From assembly GCA_026985075.1 (NCBI GenBank), contig JALSQX010000053.1, positions 92,773 through 156,772 on the forward strand: a DNA stretch of 64,000 nt. The letters are read 5' to 3'. Each line of letters begins with the position of its first letter. The stretch's first letter is position 1. This document shows, in pieces, positions 18,270-27,905 of this stretch. Position numbers and translations under genes: made by a program. This DNA comes from Blastocatellia bacterium (GTDB taxonomy: Bacteria > Acidobacteriota > Blastocatellia > HR10 > J050). The notes below the pieces were generated by a model. The model worked only from the letters and a program-made list of their open reading frames with translations, did not search any database and was not told where the DNA came from.

Positions 18270-19235
18270 TCATTGAGTGGAGAGGGGCCCGCCTTTGAGG
18301 GGTAAGGGGAGGGCATAATAACCTTTGCGAGCGCGCACGGTCAGCCCACGCTTCTTCACGCGAATTTTGAGCCGGTGAAATCGTCCATCGGGCGCGTGCT
18401 TCACTTCATACCCAATGCTGTATTGATTTCGCAACTCCATCTCCAATTGATCGAAGAGTTCGGCGAGCCGCGTATGCTCCTCGTCGAGAAAGAGCGCGCG
18501 TCCACCGGTCGCCGCCGCTAATCGTTTGAGAGCGGCAATCCCCGCCTTAGTTCCCCGAATGCCGATGGGATACACGATGACATCGGTCCGCAAGGCCATA
18601 TCGATGGCCTCAGCGAGAGTCGCTTCGCTGGCCGTGTCATCTCCATCGGTGATGAGCACGAGCACCTTGCGCCCGAAGCTGATCGGTCCAAACTTATAAC
18701 GAGCCGTCTTATACACGGCATCGAAAACGGCGCTATTCCCAGCGACGCTGAGATTCCGAATCTCCCGAGTGAGCGCCACGGCGTCATCGGTGAAGTCGCT
18801 GATCAGGTAGACGTCGGAGTCGAACGCGACAAGAAGCCCTCGATCTTGACCCCGCCGCAAGATGGACCTCAAGAAGTTGATGGCGGCCGCGCGCTCCAAC
18901 TCGAAACGCGCCTGAACGCTGCGACTGCGATCAATGACCAGCGCCAAGGTGAGCGGCAACTGCGTCTCGCGACTGAACTCGGTGATCCGCTGGCGCACAC
19001 CATCGTCCCACACGACAAAATCGGAGGCCTTCAGATCGGAGATGAGTCGGCCTCGCTTATCGGTCACAGTGACGAATGTGTTGACCAGCGTCGTCCCCAG
19101 ATGAACCGCCCGATGCTTCTGAAAGGATTCCCGCGGAACCCCGACGTTGGAACTCAGCCCACCTCCCGGCGCCCCTCCGGTCAGCCACCAGGCGGCATTC
19201 AAGAAAAGAACAAACACCCAGCCTCTCATCATCAT
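18270..19235 (-). CDS. Secreted von Willebrand factor type A (VWA) domain protein
   Basis: Signal peptide MMMRGWVFVLFLNAAWW. VWA MIDAS-like DxSxS (LALVIDRSRS) and VLVLITDGDDT. Confidence 0.8.
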   Translation of the reverse strand: MMMRGWVFVLFLNAAWWLTGGAPGGGLSSNVGVPRESFQKHRAVHLGTTLVNTFVTVTDKRGRLISDLKASDFVVWDDGVRQRITEFSRETQLPLTLALVIDRSRSVQARFELERAAAINFLRSILRRGQDRGLLVAFDSDVYLISDFTDDAVALTREIRNLSVAGNSAVFDAVYKTARYKFGPISFGRKVLVLITDGDDTASEATLAEAIDMALRTDVIVYPIGIRGTKAGIAALKRLAAATGGRALFLDEEHTRLAELFDQLEMELRNQYSIGYEVKHAPDGRFHRLKIRVKKRGLTVRARKGYYALPLPLKGGPLSTQ

Positions 19236-19361
19236 CCTGTACCCGTACGATCTCCCTTATATCCTAGCACGTTCTCTGGCCGATGACTAGCGGGTGACCG
19301 GGGAGCCTCCCGGCCGCTCGCCATAGTCCCGCTCCCACGCCCATGAGGGCTCTGGCCGCCC

Positions 19362-19390
19362 TTAACAGACTCTCGCTCCCCAGCTATAAT
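19362..19390 (+). promoter_or_regulatory. Candidate sigma70-type promoter TTAACA-N17-TATAAT upstream of the ferredoxin gene
   Basis: TTAACA at 19362-19367, a 17-nt spacer, and TATAAT at 19385-19390, about 100 nt upstream of ATG 19495. Confidence 0.3.
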
Positions 19391-19494
19391 AGGCGGCTTG
19401 ACTCGGCCAGGAGCTGATGAAATCCTGTGGCGAGGAGGATGGTGAGCAATTATGGCTCTGGCAAATTTCAGAGGATTCAAAGGAGGTAAAGAGA

Positions 19495-19803
19495 ATGGCC
19501 TACATCATCGCTGAACCGTGCATTGGAACAAAAGATACGGCTTGTGTCGACGTTTGCCCTGTCGATTGCATTCATCCGACCAAGGAGGAATCGCAATTTG
19601 AGGAAGTAGATCAACTTTATATCGATCCGGAGACCTGCATCGACTGCGCCGCCTGCGAACCGGCGTGCCCGGTCGAGGCCATCTTCGCCGAAGATGAGAC
19701 GCCCGAGCAATGGACCAACTACATCGAGAAAAACGCAGATTGGTACGCTCTTCCCCCCGATGAATTTGAAGCCAAATGGGGTGTACCCGGGAAGAAGGAG
19801 TGA
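19495..19803 (+). CDS. fdxA: 7Fe-type ferredoxin ([3Fe-4S][4Fe-4S], FdxA-like)
   Basis: AYIIAEPCIGTKDTACVDVCPVDCIHP...CIDCAACEPACPVEAI. Start ATG is preceded by AGGAGG. The track ORF has a spurious 26-aa N-terminal extension. Confidence 0.85.
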   Translation: MAYIIAEPCIGTKDTACVDVCPVDCIHPTKEESQFEEVDQLYIDPETCIDCAACEPACPVEAIFAEDETPEQWTNYIEKNADWYALPPDEFEAKWGVPGKKE

Positions 19804-19863
19804 ACGGCCCGAGTCGGGTGTTCTCTATGGAGAGACGGTATAATGTCGCTCTGTTCCCCCAGC

Positions 19864-19893
19864 CAGTGGCTCATGATTCCTCATGAGCCACTG
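19864..19893 (+). terminator. Strong hairpin downstream of the ferredoxin gene (perfect 13-bp stem, 4-nt loop)
   Basis: CAGTGGCTCATGA-ttcc-TCATGAGCCACTG, 60 nt after the stop, followed by a C/T-rich tract (CTTCCCGCCTCCTTTCC). Confidence 0.5.
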
Positions 19894-20171
19894 CTTCCCG
19901 CCTCCTTTCCTCTGGCTCACCACCGTGGAATTCTTCCTTCCTGCCCGCTCAGCCCCTTCCGATGACCGGCGCACCTGAGGCATCAGTGCGATGACGCGCC
20001 ATAAGTGATGCTCCACGATGCGATCTCCGTTCATTGCTTGTGGTGGGCATGAGCCAATGAAAGAATCCCGGGAGCGATCATCGCTGATGACGCTGGGGAG
20101 CCCCCACGCCTTTGTGCGAGCGGTGGGGCCTCTGGGGGACGGTGGAAGATCTCCAACCTGAGGAACGAACC

Positions 20172-20771
20172 TCATCGGGCCAGCAGCCCATTGATGACTT
20201 CGGCCATTCTTCTCAGGAAGGCGTCCTTCCCCGCGAATCCGACATGCGGTTCACCGACCAGACGCCCGTCTTGGTCGATGACGACGAGAATAGGAATTGA
20301 CGTTTGATGGAATTGGGCGAAGGCCGATCCATCCACATCACGAAGGACGGGGATGCTCACGCCCAACTCGGCGGCGAACTGGGCGAGTCTCTGATCAGGG
20401 ACATCTTCGCTATCGATGCTGATCCACACCACCTTCACCCGCTTTCCGCGATAGCGATCGGCCAATGCCTGCAAGGCGGGGAGTTCAGCCCGGCAGGGAG
20501 GACACCAGGTGGCGCCGAATGAAGCGATCACGACATGACCGCGCAGATCGGCCAGAGACAATCGTCCGCCGCCCACCACCGGGAGATCCCAGGAAGGGTT
20601 CTCCCGGGCGCTGACTGCGCTCCCCCAACCGAGGCTCATCACCAAACCGACGAGCAGGACTCCCAGCCCGTGGCCGAGGCGATGGATTCTTCTGCGTTCG
20701 CCTCTCCAACCGATCTCTGATTTTGCTTCTCGCGGCGTCCTCTCTTTCTGCTCGAAATCCATTCTCCACAT
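20172..20771 (-). CDS. TlpA/ResA-like thiol-disulfide oxidoreductase (thioredoxin fold, WCPPC)
   Basis: ATWCPPCRAELPALQALADRY, with an N-terminal membrane anchor. Confidence 0.8.
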   Translation of the reverse strand: MWRMDFEQKERTPREAKSEIGWRGERRRIHRLGHGLGVLLVGLVMSLGWGSAVSARENPSWDLPVVGGGRLSLADLRGHVVIASFGATWCPPCRAELPALQALADRYRGKRVKVVWISIDSEDVPDQRLAQFAAELGVSIPVLRDVDGSAFAQFHQTSIPILVVIDQDGRLVGEPHVGFAGKDAFLRRMAEVINGLLAR

Positions 20772-20810
20772 CGCGTTGTCTCTCCATCAATGAGTCATGG
20801 TGATCAGACA

Positions 20811-22010
20811 TCAGGCGGCCCGCCCGATGCGTTTCAATTCCAGGTCAGCATCGAGGTGATATTTGACGCCAGCTCCCTTCTCCGGGAGCTCGAACAATAC
20901 CTGCTCGAAAATGCGCTCCAGAATCGCCCGTAATCCCCGAGCGCCGATCTTCTTCTCGATCGCTTCCCGGGCGATGCGTCGCAACGCCTCTTCGGAGACG
21001 GTCAACTCAGCCCCTTCCATCTCGAAGTAGCGGCGAAACTGCTTGATGAGCGAATTCTTGGGCTTGACCAGGATATCCACCAGCGCCTGCTCATCGAGTG
21101 GATCGAGGTGAACGATGATCGGCAGACGACCGATGAGTTCGGGGATGAGTCCATACTTGAGGAGGTCCTCGGTCATGACGTCGGGCTGTCGCCCTTTCTC
21201 CACGGCTCGGCTGGTGAACCCGATGCTCCCTCGCTTGGACACGCGGTCGCGAATGATTTGATCCAGGCCATCGAAAGCGCCACCGCAGATGAACAAGATG
21301 TTGGTCGTATCGATCTGCTCCTGATTGGCCTGAGGATGCTTTCGGCCACCGAGGGGGGGCAACGTGGCCAGTGTTCCCTCGACGATCTTGAGCAGCGCTT
21401 GTTGTACTCCCTCGCCGGAGACGTCGCGGGTGATGGATGGGCTCTCGCTCCGCCGCGCGATTTTATCGATCTCATCGATGTAAATGATGCCCCGCTCCGC
21501 GCGCTGAATATCCCCATCGGCGGCCACCACCAGCCGCGTGAGGACGTTCTCTACATCTTCTCCCACGTAGCCCGCCTCGGTGAGAGTAGTGGCATCGGCA
21601 ATGGCGAAGGGAACCTGCAGGAATCGAGCCAATGTGCGCGCGATGAGCGTCTTGCCCGTCCCCGTCGGCCCGATCATCAAGATATTGGCCTTTTCCAGTT
21701 CGACCTCCCCCGAGCCTCGATCCATCTCTTCGAGCCGGCGATAATGCTGATAGACGGAGAGGGCCACCCGGCGTTTGGCTTGCTCTTGCCCGATAACATA
21801 CTGGTCCAGGAAGGCCTTGATTTCCGACGGCGTGGGGAGGACGAATTTCTCCGTCCGCTGGCGCACGCGCTCCTTGGCCGCCATACTATCGGCCATGGAA
21901 TTCAGCGCACGAATGCAACGGACACACACTGCGGCATCGGGCCCAATACTCACATAGGCGGCATCGTCGGCCCGTCCGCACAGGAAGCAGTATTGCCGTC
22001 GCTTGACCAT
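20811..22010 (-). CDS. clpX: ATP-dependent Clp protease ATP-binding subunit ClpX
   Basis: N-terminal C4 zinc ribbon (CFLCGR...CVRC). Walker [12 protein letters not shown]. ClpX-specific motifs throughout. Confidence 0.92.
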   Translation of the reverse strand: MVKRRQYCFLCGRADDAAYVSIGPDAAVCVRCIRALNSMADSMAAKERVRQRTEKFVLPTPSEIKAFLDQYVIGQEQAKRRVALSVYQHYRRLEEMDRGSGEVELEKANILMIGPTGTGKTLIARTLARFLQVPFAIADATTLTEAGYVGEDVENVLTRLVVAADGDIQRAERGIIYIDEIDKIARRSESPSITRDVSGEGVQQALLKIVEGTLATLPPLGGRKHPQANQEQIDTTNILFICGGAFDGLDQIIRDRVSKRGSIGFTSRAVEKGRQPDVMTEDLLKYGLIPELIGRLPIIVHLDPLDEQALVDILVKPKNSLIKQFRRYFEMEGAELTVSEEALRRIAREAIEKKIGARGLRAILERIFEQVLFELPEKGAGVKYHLDADLELKRIGRAA

Positions 22011-22112
22011 AACGCGTCGATCTCGTTCAACGTCTCCGTTACATATCTAATCAGAATGTGCTGTCGGGGTCAAGTCGGAGAGCCACCTTTCCTCGAGCGG
22101 TGAAAAATTCAG

Positions 22113-22141
22113 TTGAAAAAACGAGATGCAGTCTTTACAAT
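22113..22141 (+). promoter_or_regulatory. Candidate sigma70-type promoter TTGAAA-N17-TACAAT for the OPT transporter gene
   Basis: Lies in the divergent clpX/OPT intergenic region, about 78 nt upstream of ATG 22219. Confidence 0.4.
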
Positions 22142-22218
22142 CGACTTCCCATTCGAGAGCCATGAAGCATTCCCGAGGCGCATAGCCGTCAATCCAATCT
22201 GTTGACGAGGAGAAGACG

Positions 22219-24183
22219 ATGAGCGACACAGAGTTCAAACCCTATGTCCCTCCTGACACGGATCTACAGGAATTCACCTTCAAGGCGCTTCTGGTGGGCG
22301 TCGTCCTGGCCTGCATCTTAGGGGCGGCCAACGCCTATCTGGGTATGAAAGCGGGGCTCACCGTGGCGGCGACGTTCCCGGCTGCCGTCGTCGCTATGGC
22401 TATCCTGCGACCGTTTCGCGGGACAGTGCTGGAAGAGAATATCGCCCGGACGACCGCCTCCGTCGGCGAAGCGTTGGTTGCGGGGGCGATCTTCACCATT
22501 CCCGCGTTCGTCATCTCGGGCGTGTGGGACGAGCTGAAATATTTCGAGAGCACGGCCATCATGCTCATTGGGGGCGTCCTGGGGGTGTTATTCGTGGTCA
22601 TGTTGCGTCGCACGCTGGTGGAAGAGGCGGAGCTGCCGTTTCCCGAGAGCGTGGCCTGCGCTGAAATCGTCAAAGCTGGACAAGGCGGCCAGACGGGCGC
22701 CCAGTATGTGTTCGGCGCCTTCGGCCTGGCCGCGGTCTGGGAACTGTTCAAAAACGCCAACGGATTCCAAGCGATGACCGAGCACATCGGTCGCTTCTTC
22801 GCCTTCGCCCGATCGGAGATCAATCTGGGCATCGCCACCCAATCGCAAGCCACCTCCTACGGGGGAGGTATCTTCCTGGAGTCGCCCTCGGCCAGTCCAG
22901 CCCTCATGGGCGTGGGATACATCATTGGAGCGCGACTGGCGGCCATCGTCTTTGCTGGCGGTTGCATGGGATGGCTGGTGCTCGTTCCCCTCGCTCTGTT
23001 CCTCAATCCCGGCCTGGAGACTATGGTCAATGGAGATGTCGATTGGGTCACTCTGAGCGGAGCCGTCTGGCGAACGCAAGTTCGCCCCCTGGCCGTCGGG
23101 GCGATGATCGTGGCGGCATTCTATACGCTCTACAATCTGCGCGCCTCGCTCATCGAAGGCATTGGGAAAGCCATTCGCGACATGAGAATGGCCAAGGAGG
23201 CTGCCGTCAACACCAATCGACTGGAGCGAGATATCCCCTTCAAAGGTGTGGTGGGAGCAATCCTGGTCATGATCATTCCCCTCACCATCCTCTACTATTA
23301 TTTCAGCCGGAGCATCGAAGGGTCGGTCATTTCAGCGATCATCATGGCCATTGCCGGTTTTCTGTTCGCCGCCGTGGCCGGTTATCTGGTTGGCCTGATC
23401 GGCAGTTCCAACAATCCCATCTCGGGACTCACGCTCTCGACGCTCATCATCGCCGCCCTGCTCATGGTCACCATTGGGCTGACGGGCAATCCGGGCATCG
23501 CCGCTGTGCTCGGTGTCGCCGGCGTGGTGTGTTGTTCGGCGGGCATTGCCGGCGATATGATGCAAGACCTGAAGGTAGGACACATCCTGGGAGGGACGCC
23601 GGCGAAAATGGAGTGGGGAGAAATCATCGGCGTCATCGTGGCGGCGTTCGTGCTCGTCTACCCTCTCTGGGTGCTCGACAAAACGATCGGGATCGGTGGC
23701 GCCGAGTTGCCCGCTCCGCAGGCCGGACTCATGGCGCTCATGGCCAAGGGCATCGTGGGGGGGAAGATGCCCTGGGCGCTGGTGATCATTGGCATGCTCT
23801 TTGCCTTGTTCCTGATCCTGGTCAAAGCTCCGGCCCCCATGCTCATCGCCGTAGGCATGTATTTACCCTTCCACTCCACAGCGGCCATCTTCGCCGGTGG
23901 CGTGATCCGGTGGATTTTCGATGTGATTCTCAGAGCGAGGAAGGTCCCCGATGCCGAACGCGACGCCAAGGTGAATGTGGGCATCCTTCTCTCGTCAGGA
24001 TTAATCGCCGGCGAAGCGCTGACGGCGGTGATTCTGGCTTTCCTCGTGCTCTTCGAGGTGAAGCTCCCCACGATCAGCCAGAATCCGTATGTCGCCTTTC
24101 TCATCTATCCCATTATGCTCATGGTGCTGGTGTGGATTCCTCTGAGGAGTAAAGGAGCTGCCGCCGTCCACATTTCACATTGA
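22219..24183 (+). CDS. OPT-family oligopeptide transporter
   Basis: 654-aa polytopic protein. N-terminus FKALLVGVVLACILGAANAYLGMKAGLTVAATFPAAVVAMAIL is typical of OPT-superfamily transporters. Confidence 0.85.
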   Translation: MSDTEFKPYVPPDTDLQEFTFKALLVGVVLACILGAANAYLGMKAGLTVAATFPAAVVAMAILRPFRGTVLEENIARTTASVGEALVAGAIFTIPAFVISGVWDELKYFESTAIMLIGGVLGVLFVVMLRRTLVEEAELPFPESVACAEIVKAGQGGQTGAQYVFGAFGLAAVWELFKNANGFQAMTEHIGRFFAFARSEINLGIATQSQATSYGGGIFLESPSASPALMGVGYIIGARLAAIVFAGGCMGWLVLVPLALFLNPGLETMVNGDVDWVTLSGAVWRTQVRPLAVGAMIVAAFYTLYNLRASLIEGIGKAIRDMRMAKEAAVNTNRLERDIPFKGVVGAILVMIIPLTILYYYFSRSIEGSVISAIIMAIAGFLFAAVAGYLVGLIGSSNNPISGLTLSTLIIAALLMVTIGLTGNPGIAAVLGVAGVVCCSAGIAGDMMQDLKVGHILGGTPAKMEWGEIIGVIVAAFVLVYPLWVLDKTIGIGGAELPAPQAGLMALMAKGIVGGKMPWALVIIGMLFALFLILVKAPAPMLIAVGMYLPFHSTAAIFAGGVIRWIFDVILRARKVPDAERDAKVNVGILLSSGLIAGEALTAVILAFLVLFEVKLPTISQNPYVAFLIYPIMLMVLVWIPLRSKGAAAVHISH

Positions 24184-24238
24184 GGGCGATGTCATCCCCA
24201 TCCGCCAGAGAGAGTGGCTCCGGCGGGCCGATGGACGT

Positions 24239-24535
24239 GTGATCATTCTCGTTCCCAAATGGGGACCGGGGCGGATAGGGCGCTGGCTGATGGCCCGAAT
24301 GAAAAACCCGAATTATCGGGTGAATCTAGATGAGATCGGGACCTGGATCTGGCTCCGATGCGACGGCCAACACACCGTCGAGCAACTGGCCAAAGGATTG
24401 AAAGACGAATTCGGCGATCGGGTGGAGCCCGTCCATGAGCGGTTGACTCTTTTTCTCCGACAACTGGTTCGGGGCCGATTCATCGTCCTCCGTAAGGCCA
24501 CATCGCCAACCGAGCGTTCCCCCTCAAAAGCGTGA
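24239..24535 (+). CDS. PqqD-family protein (RiPP recognition element-like peptide chaperone)
   Basis: YRVNLDEIGTWIWLRCDGQHTVEQLAKGLKDEFGDRVEPVHERLTLFLRQLVRGRFIV matches the PqqD-family pattern LNetGa.iW..lDG.rtveeI...L.eeY.v...e...Dv..Fl..L...GLi. Lies 55 nt after the OPT stop on the same strand. Confidence 0.55.
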   Translation: MIILVPKWGPGRIGRWLMARMKNPNYRVNLDEIGTWIWLRCDGQHTVEQLAKGLKDEFGDRVEPVHERLTLFLRQLVRGRFIVLRKATSPTERSPSKA

Positions 24536-24945
24536 CGCGCTCGAGTGCGGGGAGAAGAGAATCAGGCTCGCTGGAGTCCGCACCCGAGCGCTCCCGGCTC
24601 CGCTATTGCCGAACGCTCACCCCCCGATGAACGTGCTGGAGCTGCGGCGGCCGTTCTCCTGAGCTGAGAGACCTATACCGGCTCCGAGAGGTCGTCTCTT
24701 CAGGGCTCAGGGGAGTGGCGGGGTGGTTTCCTGGGGCGCGTGCTCCAGGCCCCTCAGGGTGTTTCTTCGGAGGCGGAACGCTCCATCGCTACTCTCGCCC
24801 TCCCGATGGGCGCGCGCTGGTTCCTTTACCTCTGAGACTCCAACCATCTGGCTGGTGCATCTCCGCGGTTGACACGGTGGAAACCTCTGAGAGGGTGTGT
24901 TAAGATAAGTCTATTTCTAAAAAGAACGAGCCTGAGAGCGGAACC

Positions 24946-26772
24946 GTGGATCAACTTCTCCGACTCAAACGCCGATGGTATCGATGGGAACTTAAAGCCA
25001 CCCATCTGCTCGATCGGCTCGGCCTCGCAGAAAACCAGAAGATCTTTGTTCTCACCATCCTCATTGGCTTAACCTGTGGGTTGGCGGCGGTGGCCGTTCG
25101 CTTGGCCATCAATAGCACTGAGCGTCAACTCATCGATCGAGCAGTGGTCTGGCCATCGCACTGGCGGATCTTCTGGATGCTGGTCATCCCGACGTTGGGA
25201 GGGGCACTGGCCGGATTGTTGCTTCAATTCGTCCAGGAGGCCAGCGGGAGCGGAATCCCCCAGGTGAAGGCGGCCTACCACCTCAACTACGGACGCATCC
25301 CCTTCAAGGTGGTGGTGGGCAAATTTGGCCTGGGGACACTGTGCATCGGATCGGGCCTGAGTCTCGGACGAGAAGGTCCCACCGTACAGGTGTGCGCGGG
25401 TCTGGCCTCGCTCATCGGGCGTCTGACGGCCGTCTCGCGGCGGAATCTGATGAACCTCGTGCCCGTGGGGTCCGCGGCCGGATTAGCCGCCGCTTTCAAC
25501 ACGCCGATCGCGGCAGTGACGTTCACGCTGGAGGAGATCATCGGCGACCTGAGTCACAAATCCATTGGAGCGATCATCATCGCCGCCGTCATCGCCTCCG
25601 TCATCGAGCAATCCATCCTCGGTGCCGAGGCCCTGTTCACGGTTCCTCCTTATCATCTCCACCATGCCCGCGAGTTGCTGTTTTACGCCCTGTTGGGCGT
25701 ATTGGCTGCAGGTGTGTCGGTGGCGTTCACCGAAGGATTGCTCCGGCTCAGACAGAGATTTCTGGATTGGGAGATCCCGGTCTGGCTCAAGCCGGGCATC
25801 GGGGGGCTCGCTGTGGGGCTGATTGGGATCGTCGCCCTTTACGGATTCGAGGCTCAAGGCGTCTTCGGCATCGGGTACGACGTACTCTCCCAAGCGCTCC
25901 ACGGTCAACTCGTTTTCAAGGCGGCCTTGGTCCTGGTCGCTGCCAAGCTGGTGGCCACGGTCATTTCTTATGCCTCCGGTGCAGCGGGCGGCATCTTCGC
26001 GCCTTCGCTGTTCATTGGGGGGATGCTCGGCAGCGTGGTCGGCGCCGTGGAAGCCTACGCGATGGGATTGGAGCCCACGCAAACGATGGGGGCCTTCGCA
26101 CTCGTGGGGATGGGAGCCGTCTTCGCCGGGATCGTTCGCGCGCCGATTACGTCGGTGCTCATCATCTTCGAAATGACCAATAATTACACGATCATCTTGC
26201 CGCTGATGATCGCCAACGCCATCAGTTATGCGGCGGCCAGTTGGCTCTCGCCTCAGCCGGTTTACGAAGCACTACTCATGCAGGACCATGTGCATCTCCC
26301 TCACCGCGCCCCTCCCCACCTGTTGAACAAACTGACGGTGGCCTCGGCCATGCATCGAGACGTCTACACGCTCCACAAGTATCTCACCGTAGAGGAAGCC
26401 TATCAGCGCGTCAAAGAGAAGGAGAAAGAACTCGGCTACCACGGCTTCCCTGTGGTCGATGGCCATGGGAAGATGATCGGTTTCATCACCCTCAATGACT
26501 TGCGTCGGGAGTTGGGCCGAGGCAACGGCCATAAGTTGCTCGGCGAGGTGGCCGTCAAGAAAGTCATCCACGCTCATCCCGACCAGACTCTCGATAATGC
26601 CCTGCTCAAACTCGGCCAGCGCGAAATCTCTCAACTCCCCGTGGTGAGCCGGCTGGATGATGGTCACGTCCTGGGCATCATCACTCTTCGAGATATCGCC
26701 CGAGCTCAGGCGCAACTCGCCCGGGAGTACGGACATATAGACCGTTCGCTGGTCAGTTCTCGGGGGGATTAA
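24946..26772 (+). CDS. ClC-family voltage-gated chloride channel with C-terminal CBS-domain pair
   Basis: GSGIPQ, GREGP and GxFxP selectivity motifs. Two CBS domains (TLHKYLTVEEAYQRV...GFPVVD; HAHPDQTLDNALLKLGQREISQLPVV). Confidence 0.9.
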   Translation: MDQLLRLKRRWYRWELKATHLLDRLGLAENQKIFVLTILIGLTCGLAAVAVRLAINSTERQLIDRAVVWPSHWRIFWMLVIPTLGGALAGLLLQFVQEASGSGIPQVKAAYHLNYGRIPFKVVVGKFGLGTLCIGSGLSLGREGPTVQVCAGLASLIGRLTAVSRRNLMNLVPVGSAAGLAAAFNTPIAAVTFTLEEIIGDLSHKSIGAIIIAAVIASVIEQSILGAEALFTVPPYHLHHARELLFYALLGVLAAGVSVAFTEGLLRLRQRFLDWEIPVWLKPGIGGLAVGLIGIVALYGFEAQGVFGIGYDVLSQALHGQLVFKAALVLVAAKLVATVISYASGAAGGIFAPSLFIGGMLGSVVGAVEAYAMGLEPTQTMGAFALVGMGAVFAGIVRAPITSVLIIFEMTNNYTIILPLMIANAISYAAASWLSPQPVYEALLMQDHVHLPHRAPPHLLNKLTVASAMHRDVYTLHKYLTVEEAYQRVKEKEKELGYHGFPVVDGHGKMIGFITLNDLRRELGRGNGHKLLGEVAVKKVIHAHPDQTLDNALLKLGQREISQLPVVSRLDDGHVLGIITLRDIARAQAQLAREYGHIDRSLVSSRGD

Positions 26773-27198
26773 AGTGCGCGTGGCTGAGCGCGCTATCGAA
26801 TGTTGAACTGGAGAGGAGAATCTCGCCGTCGGCGCATCCTTCAACAGAGTCGCTCACCAATAACGCGCTCACCCGAAGCATGGAGGCGACAAAGTGCACG
26901 ATGCCCACTGGCACCACTTATTATCCAAAGGAGAGCATCATCCCCTCGCTCTTTCCCCGCCGATGGGCTCTCTTATCTCGAGGGAATCGCCCATGTGCCG
27001 AAGCGCGCCGCGAAGGATGAAAATGAAGTCGGGCATGCCGCCTGCTGGCACCATCCTATTTTCACCGGAGCGACTCATGGCCCGGCAGGCCATGCTGAAG
27101 AGATGAAAATGGACTCTCGGGAAATGTGGCGCAAGATACCACCATGCTTGCGCCACACTCCTTTCGATCAGCGCGGAACACCCATCGGTTCTCCACCC

Positions 27199-27612
27199 TC
27201 AGTCACCAACGATCTGGAGAATCACCTGACGACGTCGGGAGCGGGTATCGAAATCGCATAAGACGATTTGTTGCCAGGTACCCAAGATGAGTTCCTTATT
27301 GACGAACGGCACGGTCACCGACGGCCCGATCAAGGCGGCGCGAAGATGACTATGAGCGTTGTCATCGATGCGGTTATGCTCATAGCTCGGGTCTTCTGGA
27401 ATCAAGCGTCGAATCACCCGCGAGAGATCGACGACGGCTCCCGATTCATATTCGATGGTCGTAATGCCCGCCGTTGAATGGGGCACAAACACGGTCACGA
27501 CGCCGGAAGAAATCCGACTCGACCGCACGGCCCGCGCCACCTCCTCGGTGATGTTACAAATATCATCCCGACCGCGCGTGCTCAACGAGATACGCTTCGT
27601 CTCAACCGCCAT
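27199..27612 (-). CDS. YjbQ/UPF0047-family protein (secondary thiamine-phosphate synthase-like)
   Basis: Full-length similarity to the YjbQ family (ITEEV...GVVTVFVPHSTAGITTIEYESG...HSHLRAALIGPSVTVPF). Confidence 0.8.
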   Translation of the reverse strand: MAVETKRISLSTRGRDDICNITEEVARAVRSSRISSGVVTVFVPHSTAGITTIEYESGAVVDLSRVIRRLIPEDPSYEHNRIDDNAHSHLRAALIGPSVTVPFVNKELILGTWQQIVLCDFDTRSRRRQVILQIVGD

Positions 27613-27905
27613 ATTGAGCTATGGTAGCTCAGGCAGGAAGAACTTTCAACCTCCCCCTCTGTGCGAGCGGCCGGGCGAATGGACTTCCTCGCCGCGCTAC
27701 TGGATACAATCTGGGGCGGGGCCGGTCTCGGCCACACTCAAGAATTGGCGCCCGGCGCTGAAAAGAGATTTGACGTGAGGTCATTCACCACCAGGATGGC
27801 GCATCGGCGAATTTCCCCTTCCCCTCTTCGCAGCAGACGCGCGCCCCGAGCGAGCACCTCACGAAGGTGAACGTCCTCTGGCAACGGCACTGGCGCGATA
27901 CCGGC

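Noticed and set aside
22962-24152. 396-aa ORF in an alternate frame inside the OPT transporter gene
   Set aside because: Arg/Gly/His-rich low-complexity translation typical of an off-frame in high-GC DNA. The OPT frame has clear family similarity.
24770-24900. Possible fluoride (crcB) riboswitch upstream of the ClC gene
   Set aside because: No conserved crcB-motif core could be identified by eye. The ClC has canonical chloride-channel motifs and CBS domains rather than the ClC-F type.
25341-26183. 280-aa and other alternate-frame ORFs inside the ClC channel gene
   Set aside because: Arg-rich off-frame translations. The ClC frame has the diagnostic GSGIPQ, GREGP and CBS motifs.
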